The position numbers and the translations under genes are program-made. Positions 63,548 to 64,000 of a stretch of 64,000 bases of DNA are shown piece by piece. The stretch spans positions 2,068 to 66,067 of the forward strand of contig JBCKKZ010000003.1 in NCBI GenBank assembly GCA_038904015.1, in the 5' to 3' direction. Source of the DNA: Burkholderiales bacterium (GTDB lineage Bacteria; Pseudomonadota; Gammaproteobacteria; Burkholderiales; SG8-39). Within the stretch, counting starts at the first letter, position 1; every line of letters starts with the position of its first letter. The notes below the pieces were generated by a model, which saw only the letters and a list, made by a program, of their open reading frames with translations, had not been told where the DNA came from and made no database searches.

Positions 63548-64000
63548 CTATTGCCGGGAGGCGAGCCGCTCGCGCCAGTAGGCGTCGAACGCCTTCGCGC
63601 GGAATTCGCCCTTGACGACGAAGTCGGCGAAGATCAGGAACTCCCCGGCATCGCGCGCCGGGCCGTAGTGGCGCAGCAACTCCTTGCCCTCGAGCCCGAT
63701 GACCGTGAAGCTGGGCGTGCCGCGCACGCGCGCGACCTTCTGCGAGTAGTCCTTGCTGCGCATCGGCCGGCCCTCGAGGTCGGCCATCTCGGCGTCGCCG
63801 TTGTAGTCGATGTGCAAGACGCGGAAATGGCGCCGGTAATACTCCTGCACCTTGACCTGGTTCAGCACCGTTTTCTTCATGCGGATGCACGGCGTGCAGT
63901 CTTCGGCGGAGAACATGAGGAACAGGCCGCGCTTGCCTTCGGCCCGCGCCTGGCGCAACTCGTCCTTGAGGTCACCGAAAGTGGCGTCGAAGAAATGCGT
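63548..64000 (-). CDS. thioredoxin-fold protein (SoxW-like), 5' end beyond window
   Basis: Frame stays open to the window edge (...HFFDATFGDLKDELRQARAEGKRGLFLMFSAEDCTPCIRMKKTV...GTPSFTVI...). CxxC-type motif CTPC. Confidence 0.6.
   Translation of the reverse strand, partial: THFFDATFGDLKDELRQARAEGKRGLFLMFSAEDCTPCIRMKKTVLNQVKVQEYYRRHFRVLHIDYNGDAEMADLEGRPMRSKDYSQKVARVRGTPSFTVIGLEGKELLRHYGPARDAGEFLIFADFVVKGEFRAKAFDAYWRERLASRQ

Noticed and set aside
1-64000. Search for transposases, integrases, phage genes, rRNA, CRISPR-cas or known multi-gene defence systems
   Set aside because: None of the credible ORFs shows the corresponding motifs (no DDE, tyrosine or serine recombinase signatures, no cas, no restriction-modification or ATPase/nuclease defence operon). 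Only hipBA and the NTase pair are defence- or TA-like.

Overview
High-G+C proteobacterial chromosome segment. Gene order and protein signatures look betaproteobacterial, and the content suits a sulfur-oxidising chemolithotroph (soxYZ, soxB-like, HiPIP, cytochrome-c-fused aa3-type oxidase). Taxonomy cannot be fixed without a database search. I can support about 75 protein genes, one tRNA-Gln and several small regulatory or structural sites. Most of the window is housekeeping synteny: argB-nucleotidase-slmA; moeB-ctpA-envC-gpmA; rhodanese-grxC-secB-gpsA; trmL-comF-bioC; rpoH-ftsXEY; rsmD-coaD-mutM-TPR-lolB-ispE-tRNA(Gln)-prs-rplY-pth-ychF; and pstSCAB-phoU-phoBR-sixA-ppx-ppk1. The junctions between these blocks hold the unusual material. 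(1) A hipBA toxin-antitoxin cassette sits at the ychF terminus, bracketed by an imperfect 39-bp direct repeat, and carries a regularly spaced triple operator array. (2) A 1.3-kb islet holds a small-protein/nucleotidyltransferase pair flanked by gene fragments. (3) An 0.9-kb 'graveyard' holds MCP, Fic and Hint-domain fragments. (4) An internally deleted hsp20 relic now reads in frame into argB. (5) A HiPIP plus cytochrome-c-fused oxidase block lies beside relics of a second oxidase cluster: a SURF1 tail and a CtaC-like ORF whose CuA ligands are mutated. (6) Two operon-internal genes, envC and moeB, have no canonical start codon where homologues start and apparently initiate at CTG. I saw no CRISPR array, rRNA, transposase, integrase or recognisable multi-gene phage-defence operon. 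I cannot honestly point to a large new system. The least explained elements are the NTase pair, the hipBA insertion mechanism and the degenerate CtaC paralogue. Many long ORFs in the track are antisense or alternative-frame artefacts of the high G+C content and were rejected.
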